Assembly (NCBI GenBank): GCA_050261575.1
Contig: JBLNDL010000096.1
Location: 1-64,000, forward strand
Direction: 5' to 3'
DNA: 64,000 nt
Source: Sphingomonadaceae bacterium
Lineage (GTDB): Bacteria; Chloroflexota; UBA6077
The translations under genes were made by a program, and so were the position numbers. Under the pieces are notes generated by a model. That model searched no databases and was not told the DNA's origin. It was given only the letters and a program-made list of their open reading frames with translations. The first letter of the stretch is position 1. Each line of letters starts with the position of its first letter. Positions 28,501-37,575 of this stretch are shown piece after piece.

Positions 28501-28529
28501 TGGTGCCGATCCCGTCGAGCCGGTGGCGC

Positions 28530-28958
28530 TCAGACGAACTTCAGTATGTGCGTGGCTGCGGCGACCACCTCGCCGTGCTGATTGGTTGCGGTTACCTGGG
28601 ACAGCAACTGGCCCTTCTCTGGAACCTTCTCCGCGACGCGGTACTCGATGGTGATGGTGTCCCCGATGAACACCGGCTTCACGAAGCGGATGCGGTCGTA
28701 ACCGTACGACACGCAGGGGTAGGGTATGCCCTCCAGTATCTTCGTGGAGGCGGTGGACATGTAGCCCACCATCAAGACCCCGTGGGCGATCCGCCGCCCG
28801 TACGGGGTGCCCTTCATGTACTCCTCGTCGACGTGGTTGGGGCTGAAGTCCCCGGTGATGCCGGCGAACTGGTAGACGTCGAACTCGCCGACCGTCTTGC
28901 TGAACCGCACGGAGCGGCCGATCTCGATCGCCTCCGTGGCTTCCCTTGGTGTGGTCAT
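28530..28958 (-). CDS. MaoC/PhaJ-type (R)-specific dehydratase (hot-dog fold) 1
   Basis: FAGITGDFSPNHVD, RIAHGVL and RFVKPVFIGDTI. Confidence 0.9.
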   Translation of the reverse strand: MTTPREATEAIEIGRSVRFSKTVGEFDVYQFAGITGDFSPNHVDEEYMKGTPYGRRIAHGVLMVGYMSTASTKILEGIPYPCVSYGYDRIRFVKPVFIGDTITIEYRVAEKVPEKGQLLSQVTATNQHGEVVAAATHILKFV

Positions 28959-29001
28959 GATTCCTCTCTCCTTTCGGTGGGCTGCGGCGTCTCGGGGCGC
29001 G

Positions 29002-29019
29002 GTGGCAACCGGTTGCCAC
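29002..29019. promoter_or_regulatory. LacI-type operator 3
   Basis: Perfect 18-bp palindrome GTGGCAACCGGTTGCCAC upstream of maoC1. Confidence 0.8.
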
Positions 29020-29283
29020 GGGCCGTGCTGTATTGTCCCCCCCAAACGGGTGTAGCCGTCAAGCCCCCAAGCCGCCGACCGGAGATCTCCAATCGTCACC
29101 CGAGCTGCAGGCGACGGGTCTCCACTCGGCGGCGCGGGAGCATCCCCCACGAGGAGATGCCGCGCGAACGCACGGCACGACGGCCGTACTGGATCCCTTG
29201 CGGGGCCTCGACAGGGCCACACGATGCCCGGCACGACCGTCCGGACGGCTTTGAAAACGCCCCAGGCCGTCTGCGCAGCCAGA

Positions 29284-29340
29284 TTGACAGGGTGACCGTT
29301 CCACTCTATCATGGCTCTGCTCCCGTGGAAACCGGTTTCC
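29284..29340 (+). promoter_or_regulatory. sigma70 promoter of the cupin-maoC-CoA transferase-maoC-etfBA operon with LacI-type operator 4
   Basis: TTGACA (29284)-17 nt-TATCAT (29307); GGAAACCGGTTTCC at 29327-29340. Confidence 0.85.
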
Positions 29341-29419
29341 TAAAGGCGATGGCGTCCCGAGGCTGGCCGGTCCGGCGCCCGGCCTCGCGCCCATCTCTTC
29401 ATGTCGGAGGTACCACACC

Positions 29420-29794
29420 GTGGATCTCGTCCGATTGCAGGACGTCGAAGGCACCCGCTTCCCGGCCGGCCGCTGGACCCGTCTGCTCGTTGGGCAGGGC
29501 GCTCTCCAAGCCGAAAACTTCGTCATTGGCCACTCCACCCAGTCCCCTGGAGGAGGTATCCCTCGCCACGCCCACCACAACGAGGAGGTCTACCTCTGCC
29601 TGGCCGGCCGCGTGGAGGTCACCGTTGGCGAGGAGACCCAGATCATGGAGCCGGTCAGCGCGGTCTACATTCCTTCCAACGTTCCTCATTCCCTGCGCAA
29701 CCTGGCAGATGGTGAGAGCGTGATCCTCTTCGTGTACTCGCCAGCCGGCCTGGTGGACCACTGGCAGGAGGAGTTGGAGGGCACGCTCAAGTAG
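29420..29794 (+). CDS. Cupin domain protein
   Basis: HAHHNEE...IPSNVPH metal-binding cupin motifs; GGAGG RBS. Confidence 0.9.
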   Translation: MDLVRLQDVEGTRFPAGRWTRLLVGQGALQAENFVIGHSTQSPGGGIPRHAHHNEEVYLCLAGRVEVTVGEETQIMEPVSAVYIPSNVPHSLRNLADGESVILFVYSPAGLVDHWQEELEGTLK

Positions 29795-29863
29795 CCCCAT
29801 CGTGTCGAAGACAAAGGTCGGGCGGGACCTCTCCCGCCCGACCGAAACGTGAGGAGGCGTCCC

Positions 29864-30304
29864 ATGGCTTTTCGTTTCGTGGACAAGACTATCGATGACT
29901 TCAAGGTTGGCGACCGGTACTCCTTCTCGAAGACGGTCACCGAGGCTGACGTGGTGGTCTTCGCGGCCATCTCGGGCGACATGTCGCCGCTACACGTGAA
30001 CGCCGAGTATGCCAAGACCACCCCGTACGGTGAGAGGATTGCTCACGGGCTGTTGACCGCATCGCTCGTCTCCGCCGCCCTGGGCAGAATGGTGTCTCCC
30101 GGTTTCCTTCTCGAATCGTGCCAGTTCCAGTTCGTAGCTCCAGTCCGGCTCGGAGACACCGTCGTCGCGACCGCGGAGGTGCTGGAGAAGGATCCGCAGC
30201 AGTCGAAGCTGAAGCTGCGGGTCGTCTGCACCAACCAGAGGGACGAGGTGGTGCTGGAGGGGAGCGCCATCCAAGCCGCTGTGAAAGCGAAGCAAGCGGG
30301 CTAG
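29864..30304 (+). CDS. MaoC/PhaJ-type dehydratase 2
   Basis: FAAISGDMSPLHVN, RIAHGLL and FVAPVRLGDTV; GAGGAGG RBS. Confidence 0.9.
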   Translation: MAFRFVDKTIDDFKVGDRYSFSKTVTEADVVVFAAISGDMSPLHVNAEYAKTTPYGERIAHGLLTASLVSAALGRMVSPGFLLESCQFQFVAPVRLGDTVVATAEVLEKDPQQSKLKLRVVCTNQRDEVVLEGSAIQAAVKAKQAG

Positions 30305-30320
30305 TTACCCGGAGGGGCGA

Positions 30321-31931
30321 ATGACGAAACCTATTCTGAGCCCAGACGATGCCGTTGCGTTGCTGAAGGATGGGGATACCCTGGCGATCGATGGCTCTGG
30401 CGGCGGGCTAGGAGAGCCCGATGCCCTGATCGCAGCTCTGCACAGGCGCTTCGAGCAGACGGGGCACCCTCGCGACCTCACGGTGATACACGCAACCGGC
30501 ATCGGGGATAGAGGGAGCCGAGGGATCTCCCTCCTGGCCATGGAGGGTCTATGTCGCCGTGTGATTGGCGGGCATTGGGGGCAGGGCCCGGAGATGGCCA
30601 AGCTGGCCGCCGAAAACAAGGTCGAGGCCTACAACTTCCCTCAGGGAGTCCTGAACCAACTCTATCGAGAGATTGCCGCGGGCAGACCGGGCGTCATCAC
30701 CCACGTGGGGCTCGGCACCTTCGTGGATCCGCGGATGGAGGGCGGCAAGCTCAACGACGTCACCAAAGAGGATCTGGTCGAGGTGGTGACGATCGGGGGG
30801 CGGGAATGGCTCTTCTACAAGGCGTTCCCGATCGACATGGCGTGGATCCGAGGCACAACAGCCGACGAGGATGGGTACATCTCCCAGGAGCAGGAGGCTG
30901 CCACCCTCGGCGCCCTCGCGGTGGCCCAGGCGGGCCGCAACTCGGGGGGCGTGGTTATCGCCCAGGTCAAGCGGCTCGCGGTGGCCGGATCGTTGCCCGG
31001 CAAGTGCGTCCGTATCCCCGGCCCCATGGTGGATGCTCTGGTGATCCACGATGGGCAGTGGCAGACCTACGAGGCGGAGTACAATCCCGCGTTCGCCGGT
31101 GAGGTCCGGGTCCCCCTCCAGCGGCTCAAGCCGCTGCCCCTGGGCGTCCGGAAGGTGGTGGCCCGGAGGGCAGCGATGGAGATCGCCCCCGGGGCGCTCC
31201 TCAACCTGGGGGTGGGAATGCCGGACGGAGTCGCCGCTGTGGCCGCGGAGGAGGGGATCAGCGAGGCTTTCACCCTCACCGTCGAGCAGGGCGGCTACGG
31301 GGGGATCCCGGCAGGAGGGGTCATCTTCGGCGCGGTGTCAAACCCCAAGGCGATTCTCGACGCGCCGAGCCAGTTCGACTTCTACGACGGTGGCGGTCTA
31401 GATGTCACGTGCTTGGGTATGGCTCAGGCGGATCGGGACGGCAACGTCAACGTGAGCAAGTTTGGCCCGACCATAATCGGCACGGGGGGATTCGTGGATA
31501 TCTCCCAGGGCGCCAGGACGGTGGTGTTCTGCGCCACGTTCACGGCAGGTGGCCTACAGGCGGAGATTCGAGATGGCCGGCTGACGATAGTCCGGGAGGG
31601 CACTCACCGGAAGTTCCTTGAGAGGGTGGATCAGATCACCTTCTCGGGAGCGCACGCCCGAGAGCGCGGGCAGAGGGTGCTGTACGTGACCGAGCGGGCG
31701 GTGCTGGAGCTTCAGCCGGAGGGAGTGGTCCTCACCGAGATCGCCCCCGGGATCGATCTGCGGCGGGACGTACTGGACCTAATGGAGTTCGAGCCGGTGG
31801 TCTCCCGCGATCTCAAGCTGATGGATGCGCGGCTATTCGACTCCGCCCCAATGGGGTTGGCGGATGATCTTCGCGCGAAGGGCAGCGCCGACATGAGGCC
31901 AGCTTTTCGCCAAAGGCTAGAGGCGCTGTGA
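30321..31931 (+). CDS. Family I CoA-transferase (YdiF/Pct type), second paralog
   Basis: THVGLGTFVDPR, NLGVGMP, VEQG and QFDFYDGGGLD. Confidence 0.92.
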   Translation: MTKPILSPDDAVALLKDGDTLAIDGSGGGLGEPDALIAALHRRFEQTGHPRDLTVIHATGIGDRGSRGISLLAMEGLCRRVIGGHWGQGPEMAKLAAENKVEAYNFPQGVLNQLYREIAAGRPGVITHVGLGTFVDPRMEGGKLNDVTKEDLVEVVTIGGREWLFYKAFPIDMAWIRGTTADEDGYISQEQEAATLGALAVAQAGRNSGGVVIAQVKRLAVAGSLPGKCVRIPGPMVDALVIHDGQWQTYEAEYNPAFAGEVRVPLQRLKPLPLGVRKVVARRAAMEIAPGALLNLGVGMPDGVAAVAAEEGISEAFTLTVEQGGYGGIPAGGVIFGAVSNPKAILDAPSQFDFYDGGGLDVTCLGMAQADRDGNVNVSKFGPTIIGTGGFVDISQGARTVVFCATFTAGGLQAEIRDGRLTIVREGTHRKFLERVDQITFSGAHARERGQRVLYVTERAVLELQPEGVVLTEIAPGIDLRRDVLDLMEFEPVVSRDLKLMDARLFDSAPMGLADDLRAKGSADMRPAFRQRLEAL

Positions 31932-32016
31932 ACGGCTTCGTGGTGCGGCGCCTGGTGGGGTTTGGGGAGTTCCCAAGCCGACTATAGACTTCGTTTCGAG
32001 GCCAGGGGGTACCGAG

Positions 32017-32472
32017 ATGATCCTACATAAGACCATGGACGATCTGCACGTTGGCGACTCCGCCTACTTCTCGAAGACGGTTACCGAGGCCGATGCCCTC
32101 ATGTACATCGGCGCCACCGGGGACTTCAGCCCTATCCACGTGGACGAGCACTACTCTCAGGGCACGCGCTTCGGCCACCGGATCGCCCCGGGCATCATGG
32201 TGGCCGGCATGATCACGGCGGTGCTGGGAAACGATCTCGTTGGCTGCGAGCCGATCTCGGTGGCGGACGAGTTCCAGTTCAAGGCGCCGGTCTACTATGG
32301 TGATACGATCACGGCGGAGATGCGGATCGTCGAAAAGATCCCAGAGAAGAGGGTTCTCAAGCTGGAGGCAACCTGCACCAACCAGGACGGCGTGGTGGTG
32401 CTGACTGCCAAGGCGGTCATGGTCTTCCCGAAACCTGTCCCTGTGCCTGCAGACGGGGGGAAGCAAGGATAG
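32017..32472 (+). CDS. MaoC/PhaJ-type dehydratase 3
   Basis: GATGDFSPIHVD, RIAPGI and FKAPVYYGDTI. Confidence 0.9.
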   Translation: MILHKTMDDLHVGDSAYFSKTVTEADALMYIGATGDFSPIHVDEHYSQGTRFGHRIAPGIMVAGMITAVLGNDLVGCEPISVADEFQFKAPVYYGDTITAEMRIVEKIPEKRVLKLEATCTNQDGVVVLTAKAVMVFPKPVPVPADGGKQG

Positions 32473-32482
32473 GAGGCTTTTC

Positions 32483-33283
32483 GTGCATATCGTCGTGTGC
32501 GTCAACCACATCCCCGATCCTGAGGCTCCCGCGAAGCAGTTCAAGTTGGACGAGCAGACCAACCGGCCGATGCTGCAGCGGGTGAATCGGGTTGTCGGGC
32601 CGTTCGACGAGAACGCCCTGGAAACCGGCCTGCGTCTCAAGGACGGTGTGGGGGCGAAGGTGACTGCCCTTTCCGTGGGGCCTGCGACCAACGTGGAGGC
32701 CCTGCGCAGGGCGATGGCGACGCGCAGCGATGCTGCCGTCCACGTGAAGGAGGAAGGCGCCACCGAGCTGGACTCCGCCGGTGTGGCCCGGTTGCTGAGC
32801 GCGGCCATCCGGAAGCTGGGAGACGTGACCCTGGTGCTGTGCGGTCGCCAGGTGGGTGACTGGGACAGTGGCCAGGTGGGTCAGTTGGTGGCGGAGGAGT
32901 TGGGGTTGCCCTGCGTTACCCTGGCCCGGCAGATCCAGCCGGCCGAAGACGGGGTCGTACGGATCGAGCGGGAGGTCCCGGGTGGGATCGCTGTGGTGGA
33001 GGTGGACCTGCCGGCGGTGGTGACGGTGACGAACGCCCCCACAAACCAGTTGCGCATCCCGAAGGTGAAGGACGTCATGGCAGCCCATCGGGCGCCGATC
33101 ACCACCTGGACGGCGGCCGATCTGGGCCTGGGCGTGGCCGACCTGTTGGGCGAGGCGCGCGTTCAGGTGCGTCGCATGTTCGTCCCCGAGAGTCAGGTCC
33201 AGGTAGAGTTGATCAAGGGGGAGACCGACGAAGAGGTGGCCGAGACTCTGGCCCGGCGCATTCTAGGTATGAAGGTCCTGTAA
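32483..33283 (+). CDS. etfB: Electron transfer flavoprotein beta subunit
   Basis: IVVCVNHIPD, FDENALE, LCGRQVGDWDSGQVG and LPAVVTV. Confidence 0.93.
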   Translation: MHIVVCVNHIPDPEAPAKQFKLDEQTNRPMLQRVNRVVGPFDENALETGLRLKDGVGAKVTALSVGPATNVEALRRAMATRSDAAVHVKEEGATELDSAGVARLLSAAIRKLGDVTLVLCGRQVGDWDSGQVGQLVAEELGLPCVTLARQIQPAEDGVVRIEREVPGGIAVVEVDLPAVVTVTNAPTNQLRIPKVKDVMAAHRAPITTWTAADLGLGVADLLGEARVQVRRMFVPESQVQVELIKGETDEEVAETLARRILGMKVL

Positions 33284-33295
33284 TAGGGGGTCGCC

Positions 33296-34270
33296 ATGGA
33301 TTTCCTGATAGTGGCATTGCCAGCCGGGGCGCGGCTTCCGTCAGCCTCGGCGGAACTGATAGGCGGGGCCAAGGGCCTCGCTTCCTCCGGCGGAACTGTG
33401 TCGGTCGCAGTCCTGGGGAGGGATCTGGACGACGCCTGCCGCGATGCCGTGTCCTTCGGGGCCGACAGGGTGTACCGGATGGACGCGCCGCACCTGGCCG
33501 ATTTCGACTCGGAGGCATACCTCCAGGCGCTCGAGGTCGCCGTCAAAGAGATCGGACCTGGCGCGGTGCTCTTTCCTTCCGACGCCTTCGCCGCCGAGCT
33601 TGCCCCGCGGCTGGCCTACCGCCTGGGCACCGGGGTAGCGTCCGGATGCACTTCCATCACCTGGTCGGACGATGGCCGGTTGCTGTTCGGCTGCCCCGTC
33701 TACGGTGGAAAGGCGATGGCCGAGGTCGTCGTGACGGGCTCACCAAGTATCGCGACCGTGGCGGGCGGCAGCTTTCAGCCGTTGCCCCGAGACGATGCCA
33801 GGCGGGCGGAGATCGTGTCGTTGGCCGCCCCCGCGCCCGCTGCGCGCCGCGCCAGGACCCTCGAGGTGCGACCCGAGGAGGTCCAGGGTGTCCGATTGGA
33901 GGATGCCAGGGTAATCGTGACCGGGGGGCGCGGGCTCGGGGATGCCGCGGGTTTCCAGTGCGTGGAGGAGCTTGCCGCGGTGTTGGGAGCGGCCGTAGGC
34001 GCCTCGCGACCGGCCGTGGATGCCGGCTGGGTGCCAGCTAGCCTGCAGATCGGCCAAACTGGCAAGACGGTCTCTCCCGAGCTCTACATCGCCGTGGGCG
34101 TCTCAGGGGCAAGCCAGCATCTGGCGGGGATGGGGCGCTCCAAGCACGTGATCGTGATCAACAAGGACCCCGAGGCTCCCTTCTTCAAAGCTGCGGAGTT
34201 GGGGGTGGTGGCGGACTACCGGAAGGTGGTGCCGCTCCTGACGCAGAAGCTGAAGGCACTGCTCGGCTGA
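33296..34270 (+). CDS. etfA: Electron transfer flavoprotein alpha subunit
   Basis: GGRG, GASRPAVDAGW, QIGQTGKTVSPELYIAVGVSGASQHLAGM and INKDPEAP. Confidence 0.95.
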   Translation: MDFLIVALPAGARLPSASAELIGGAKGLASSGGTVSVAVLGRDLDDACRDAVSFGADRVYRMDAPHLADFDSEAYLQALEVAVKEIGPGAVLFPSDAFAAELAPRLAYRLGTGVASGCTSITWSDDGRLLFGCPVYGGKAMAEVVVTGSPSIATVAGGSFQPLPRDDARRAEIVSLAAPAPAARRARTLEVRPEEVQGVRLEDARVIVTGGRGLGDAAGFQCVEELAAVLGAAVGASRPAVDAGWVPASLQIGQTGKTVSPELYIAVGVSGASQHLAGMGRSKHVIVINKDPEAPFFKAAELGVVADYRKVVPLLTQKLKALLG

Positions 34271-34295
34271 GGAAGCTCGACCGATCAGTAGATGT

Positions 34296-34339
34296 CGCAG
34301 ATCGAAGCGGATGTGGATCCCCATCCGCTTCGATCTGCG
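34296..34339. terminator. 18-bp perfect stem between convergent etfA and emo-like genes
   Basis: CGCAGATCGAAGCGGATG ... CATCCGCTTCGATCTGCG. Confidence 0.7.
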
Positions 34340-34364
34340 TAGATAGATCTGCGGATCGGCGCCG

Positions 34365-36416
34365 TCAGTCGCTGCTGGCGGGCCGAGTGGCCTGCTCCAG
34401 CAGCTCGGCCACGTCCAGCACGGGCACCTCGCGTTCGCCACCCCGCATCTTCACCCCGTCGGACAGCATGATCATGCAGAAGGGGCAGGAGCTGGCAATT
34501 GCCGCGGGGGAGAGCGCCAGCGCCTGGTCGGCCCGCGCGTAGTTGATCCTCTTGCCCTCTGCCTCCTCGAACCACAGGTGCCCTCCGCCAGCGCCGCAGC
34601 AGAAGGTCTCCTCTCGGCTTCTCGGCATCTCCAGCAGATCGAGACCATCCATCGCACTCAGGATCTCGCGTGGCGGATCGGCGATGCCGTTGTAGCGAGC
34701 CAGGTAGCAGGAGTCGTGGAAGGTGACGCTCTCGACCGTGGCGGCGGTGGGTCGAAGCTTGCCCTCCTTGAGCAATCGTGCCAGCAGCTCGGTGTGGTGG
34801 TAGACCTCGAAGCTGCCGCCGAACTGTGGGTACTCGTTCTTGAGGGTGTTGAAGCAGTGGGGGCAGGTGGTGACGATCTTCTTGACCCCGTAGCGGTTGA
34901 GCGTCTCCACGTTGGCCTGTGCCATCATCTGGAAGAGGTACTCGTTGCCGATGCGGCGGGCCACATCGCCCGTGCACTGCTCCTCTTCACCCAGGATCGC
35001 GAAGTCGACCCCCGCGCGCTGCAGCAGCCGTGCGAAGGCTTTTGCCACCCGCTGGTTGCGGTCGTCGAAGGCGGCGGCGCACCCCACCCAGTAGAGCCAC
35101 TCGGCGGGCCCCGCTTCCCCCACGATCTTGACGCCGAGCCCCTCGCACCAGTCGGTGCGGGAGGCCATCGTTCCCCTGAAGGGATGCCCCCTGGCCTCCA
35201 TGCTGCCGAGGGCCTCCTGCATCAGCTCGGGATACTCCGCACGCTCCATCACCAGGTAGCGGCGCAGGTCCACGATGGTCGGCACGTGCTCAACGAAGAT
35301 GGGGCATTGCTGCATGCAGCTTCCGCAGGTCACGCAGCTCCACAGCGCCTCGGGGGTCACTGCTGCGATGGTGGGGCATTCCTCCATGCCCTCACGGGCG
35401 GCATCCGGAGGGCTCTTGCGAGCGAGGGAGAGGGCCGCCGCGGGGCGCCTGGACCGGTAGAGTTGGTTGCGGAGATCGAGGATCAACGCCTTCGGCGAAA
35501 GGGGCTGGCCGGTGCTGTAGGCAGGGCATGCCGCCTGGCATCGGCCGCACTCCGTGCAGGCGAGGCAATCCAGCAACTGCTTCCAGGTGAGGTCCTCGAG
35601 CTTCGGGGTCCCCAGGGTCTCGGCCGACTCGATGTCGATCGGCTTGAGGGCGCCCATCGGCTGGAGAGAGCGGAAGTAGATGTTGGCCGGGGAGAGCACG
35701 AGGTGGCGCAGCTTCGAGTAAGGGATGTAGGCGATGAATGCGAAGGCGATCAGCAGGTGGAACCACCAGAGGAAACGATGGGCTTCCTGCAGCGATCGCA
35801 CGTCGAAGCCGAGGCCGGTTAGGGCTGATCCCACGGCGAGGCCGACGGGGGACCAGGCGGCCCAGGGGTCGGAGGTGGCGACGATGCGGATGCCTTCCAC
35901 GACGAAGCCGGTTATCAGGATGGCGAGGATGAGGCCGAGCACCACCCCATCGTCCAAGAGGGTGCGGTGGCGAGGGGGGTTGAGGAGCCTATCCGGGCGG
36001 AGGAGGTGTCTCTTGATGATCGCCATCAGCACGCCGACGATGGCCAGCAGCCCGAGGACGTCCAGAGCGAGGGACTGGAAGTAGAGGTAGAACGGTCCAT
36101 GCATGATCTGGAGCCCGAGGTCGGCCTGCAGGAAGACCACGACGGTTCCGAGGAAGAGGACCGCGAAGCCCCAGAAGAAGAGGAGGTGCATCACTCCAGA
36201 GTATCTGTCCCTGAGGCTTCGTATCTGCGCGAGGCCGTGCAAGAGCACACCGGTCCTCCGCTCACCTGGGCGGTCGAAACGGTTCTCGGCTTTCCCCAAG
36301 GCCAGGAGACGGTAGTGCTGGTAGGCTCCGTAGCCGAACACCGCAAGTGTGAGGCCGAAGAGGGCGTACATGATCCAGATGCCCTGGATGTTCCAGTAGA
36401 TCTCGCGGGTTTCCAA
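34365..36416 (-). CDS. Membrane-anchored Fe-S oxidoreductase (FadF/DUF224/EMO type; putative ETF:quinone oxidoreductase)
   Basis: N-terminal cytochrome-b-like TM domain with His residues (VMHLL, WWFHLL, KLRH); CTECGRCQAACP and CVTCGSCMQQCP; CCG domains (TTCPHC, FHDSC, FCCGAGGG, CPFC). Confidence 0.88.
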   Translation of the reverse strand: METREIYWNIQGIWIMYALFGLTLAVFGYGAYQHYRLLALGKAENRFDRPGERRTGVLLHGLAQIRSLRDRYSGVMHLLFFWGFAVLFLGTVVVFLQADLGLQIMHGPFYLYFQSLALDVLGLLAIVGVLMAIIKRHLLRPDRLLNPPRHRTLLDDGVVLGLILAILITGFVVEGIRIVATSDPWAAWSPVGLAVGSALTGLGFDVRSLQEAHRFLWWFHLLIAFAFIAYIPYSKLRHLVLSPANIYFRSLQPMGALKPIDIESAETLGTPKLEDLTWKQLLDCLACTECGRCQAACPAYSTGQPLSPKALILDLRNQLYRSRRPAAALSLARKSPPDAAREGMEECPTIAAVTPEALWSCVTCGSCMQQCPIFVEHVPTIVDLRRYLVMERAEYPELMQEALGSMEARGHPFRGTMASRTDWCEGLGVKIVGEAGPAEWLYWVGCAAAFDDRNQRVAKAFARLLQRAGVDFAILGEEEQCTGDVARRIGNEYLFQMMAQANVETLNRYGVKKIVTTCPHCFNTLKNEYPQFGGSFEVYHHTELLARLLKEGKLRPTAATVESVTFHDSCYLARYNGIADPPREILSAMDGLDLLEMPRSREETFCCGAGGGHLWFEEAEGKRINYARADQALALSPAAIASSCPFCMIMLSDGVKMRGGEREVPVLDVAELLEQATRPASSD

Positions 36417-36514
36417 GCTGTATCACGCTCCCTGTAGGTTTCTCTTAGCCGTTGCCGTGTATCGGCGCGGCAGTCGGCTTCCGGCAGAGGCGTGCCCCCC
36501 TCAGGCCTCTGGCC

Positions 36515-37516
36515 TTACGTCGTGGTCACGGTGGATTCTCGCACCACCAGCCGGCCCTGGACGAGGACCGACGTGCGCTCCCCATCTCGGCTCTTGAGCT
36601 CGCGGAGGAGCATCTCCGTCGCCATCTTGCCGATCTGGCGCAGGGAGAAATGGATGGTGCTGAGGGGCGGATCCGTCTGTTCGGCTCCGGCGATGCCGTT
36701 GAACCCTATGACGGCCAGATCCCTCGGGACACAGATCCCCATCTGGTGGGCCTCGCGGAGGACGCCCATTGCCATAGCGTCGTTGGCGACGAATATGGCC
36801 TGAGGAGGGGAGGGGTTGTCCCAGAGCCGCCTGAGAGCCGCGGCACCTCCCTCGAAGGTGAAGTCGCTCTCCACGACGAGCGACTCATCCACCGGCAGCC
36901 CGTGCTCTGCCATGGCCTGTCTGAACCCAAGCAGGCGGTCTGTCGCGGTGGCAGAGGCGAGGGGACCGGTGATGTGGGCGATCCTTCGGTGGCCGAGGCT
37001 GATGAGGTGCTCGGTGGCATCGATGGCCCCGCGGACGTTGTCGATCTGGACGCAGGAGCAGGGGATCTCGTGGCGGCCGATGACGACGACCGGCGCCGGG
37101 TGGCTGACGAGGTCCGCGAGGTGGGCCTCGCGGTCGACGCCGCCGCCGGTGAGGATGATGCCCGCGCGCATCGCGCGCAACTCCTCGACGTACTTGCGCT
37201 CCTTGTCTGGGATGCGGTCGGTGTTGCAGAGGACGACCATGTAGCCTTCCTGGCTGGCGACGTCCTCGGTGCCGCGTGCGATCTCGACGAAGTAGGGGTC
37301 ACGGATGTCTGGGATCATCAGTCCGACGATGCGGAACTCTCGCTTGGAGAGGCCTCTGGCGAAGGCATTGGGAGTGAAGTCGAGCTCCTCGGCTGCCTGG
37401 AGGACGCGCTTGCGTACCCCCGCGGCGACAGGGTGGTCGCTGCCGCTGAGGACGCGTGAAGCGGTGGTAATGGAAACGCCTGCTCGTTGCGCGACGTCCC
37501 GAAGGGTAGGATTCAT
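36515..37516 (-). CDS. LacI family transcriptional regulator
   Basis: TLRDVAQRAGVSITTASRVLS HTH, PNAFARGL hinge, NDAMAMG and VPRDLAVIGF. Confidence 0.95.
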   Translation of the reverse strand: MNPTLRDVAQRAGVSITTASRVLSGSDHPVAAGVRKRVLQAAEELDFTPNAFARGLSKREFRIVGLMIPDIRDPYFVEIARGTEDVASQEGYMVVLCNTDRIPDKERKYVEELRAMRAGIILTGGGVDREAHLADLVSHPAPVVVIGRHEIPCSCVQIDNVRGAIDATEHLISLGHRRIAHITGPLASATATDRLLGFRQAMAEHGLPVDESLVVESDFTFEGGAAALRRLWDNPSPPQAIFVANDAMAMGVLREAHQMGICVPRDLAVIGFNGIAGAEQTDPPLSTIHFSLRQIGKMATEMLLRELKSRDGERTSVLVQGRLVVRESTVTTT

Positions 37517-37575
37517 CTCGGCTCCTCTGAGGTGGTGTGGCTGGAGCGCCGCGGGTGGGGCTTCCCCTGTAGCCA

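Noticed and set aside
32483..34270. Electron-bifurcating ETF/Bcd complex
   Set aside because: The EtfB motif (RQVGDWDSGQVG) departs from the QAIDGDTAQVG pattern of bifurcating ETFs, and an EMO-type partner is adjacent; not supportable from sequence alone.
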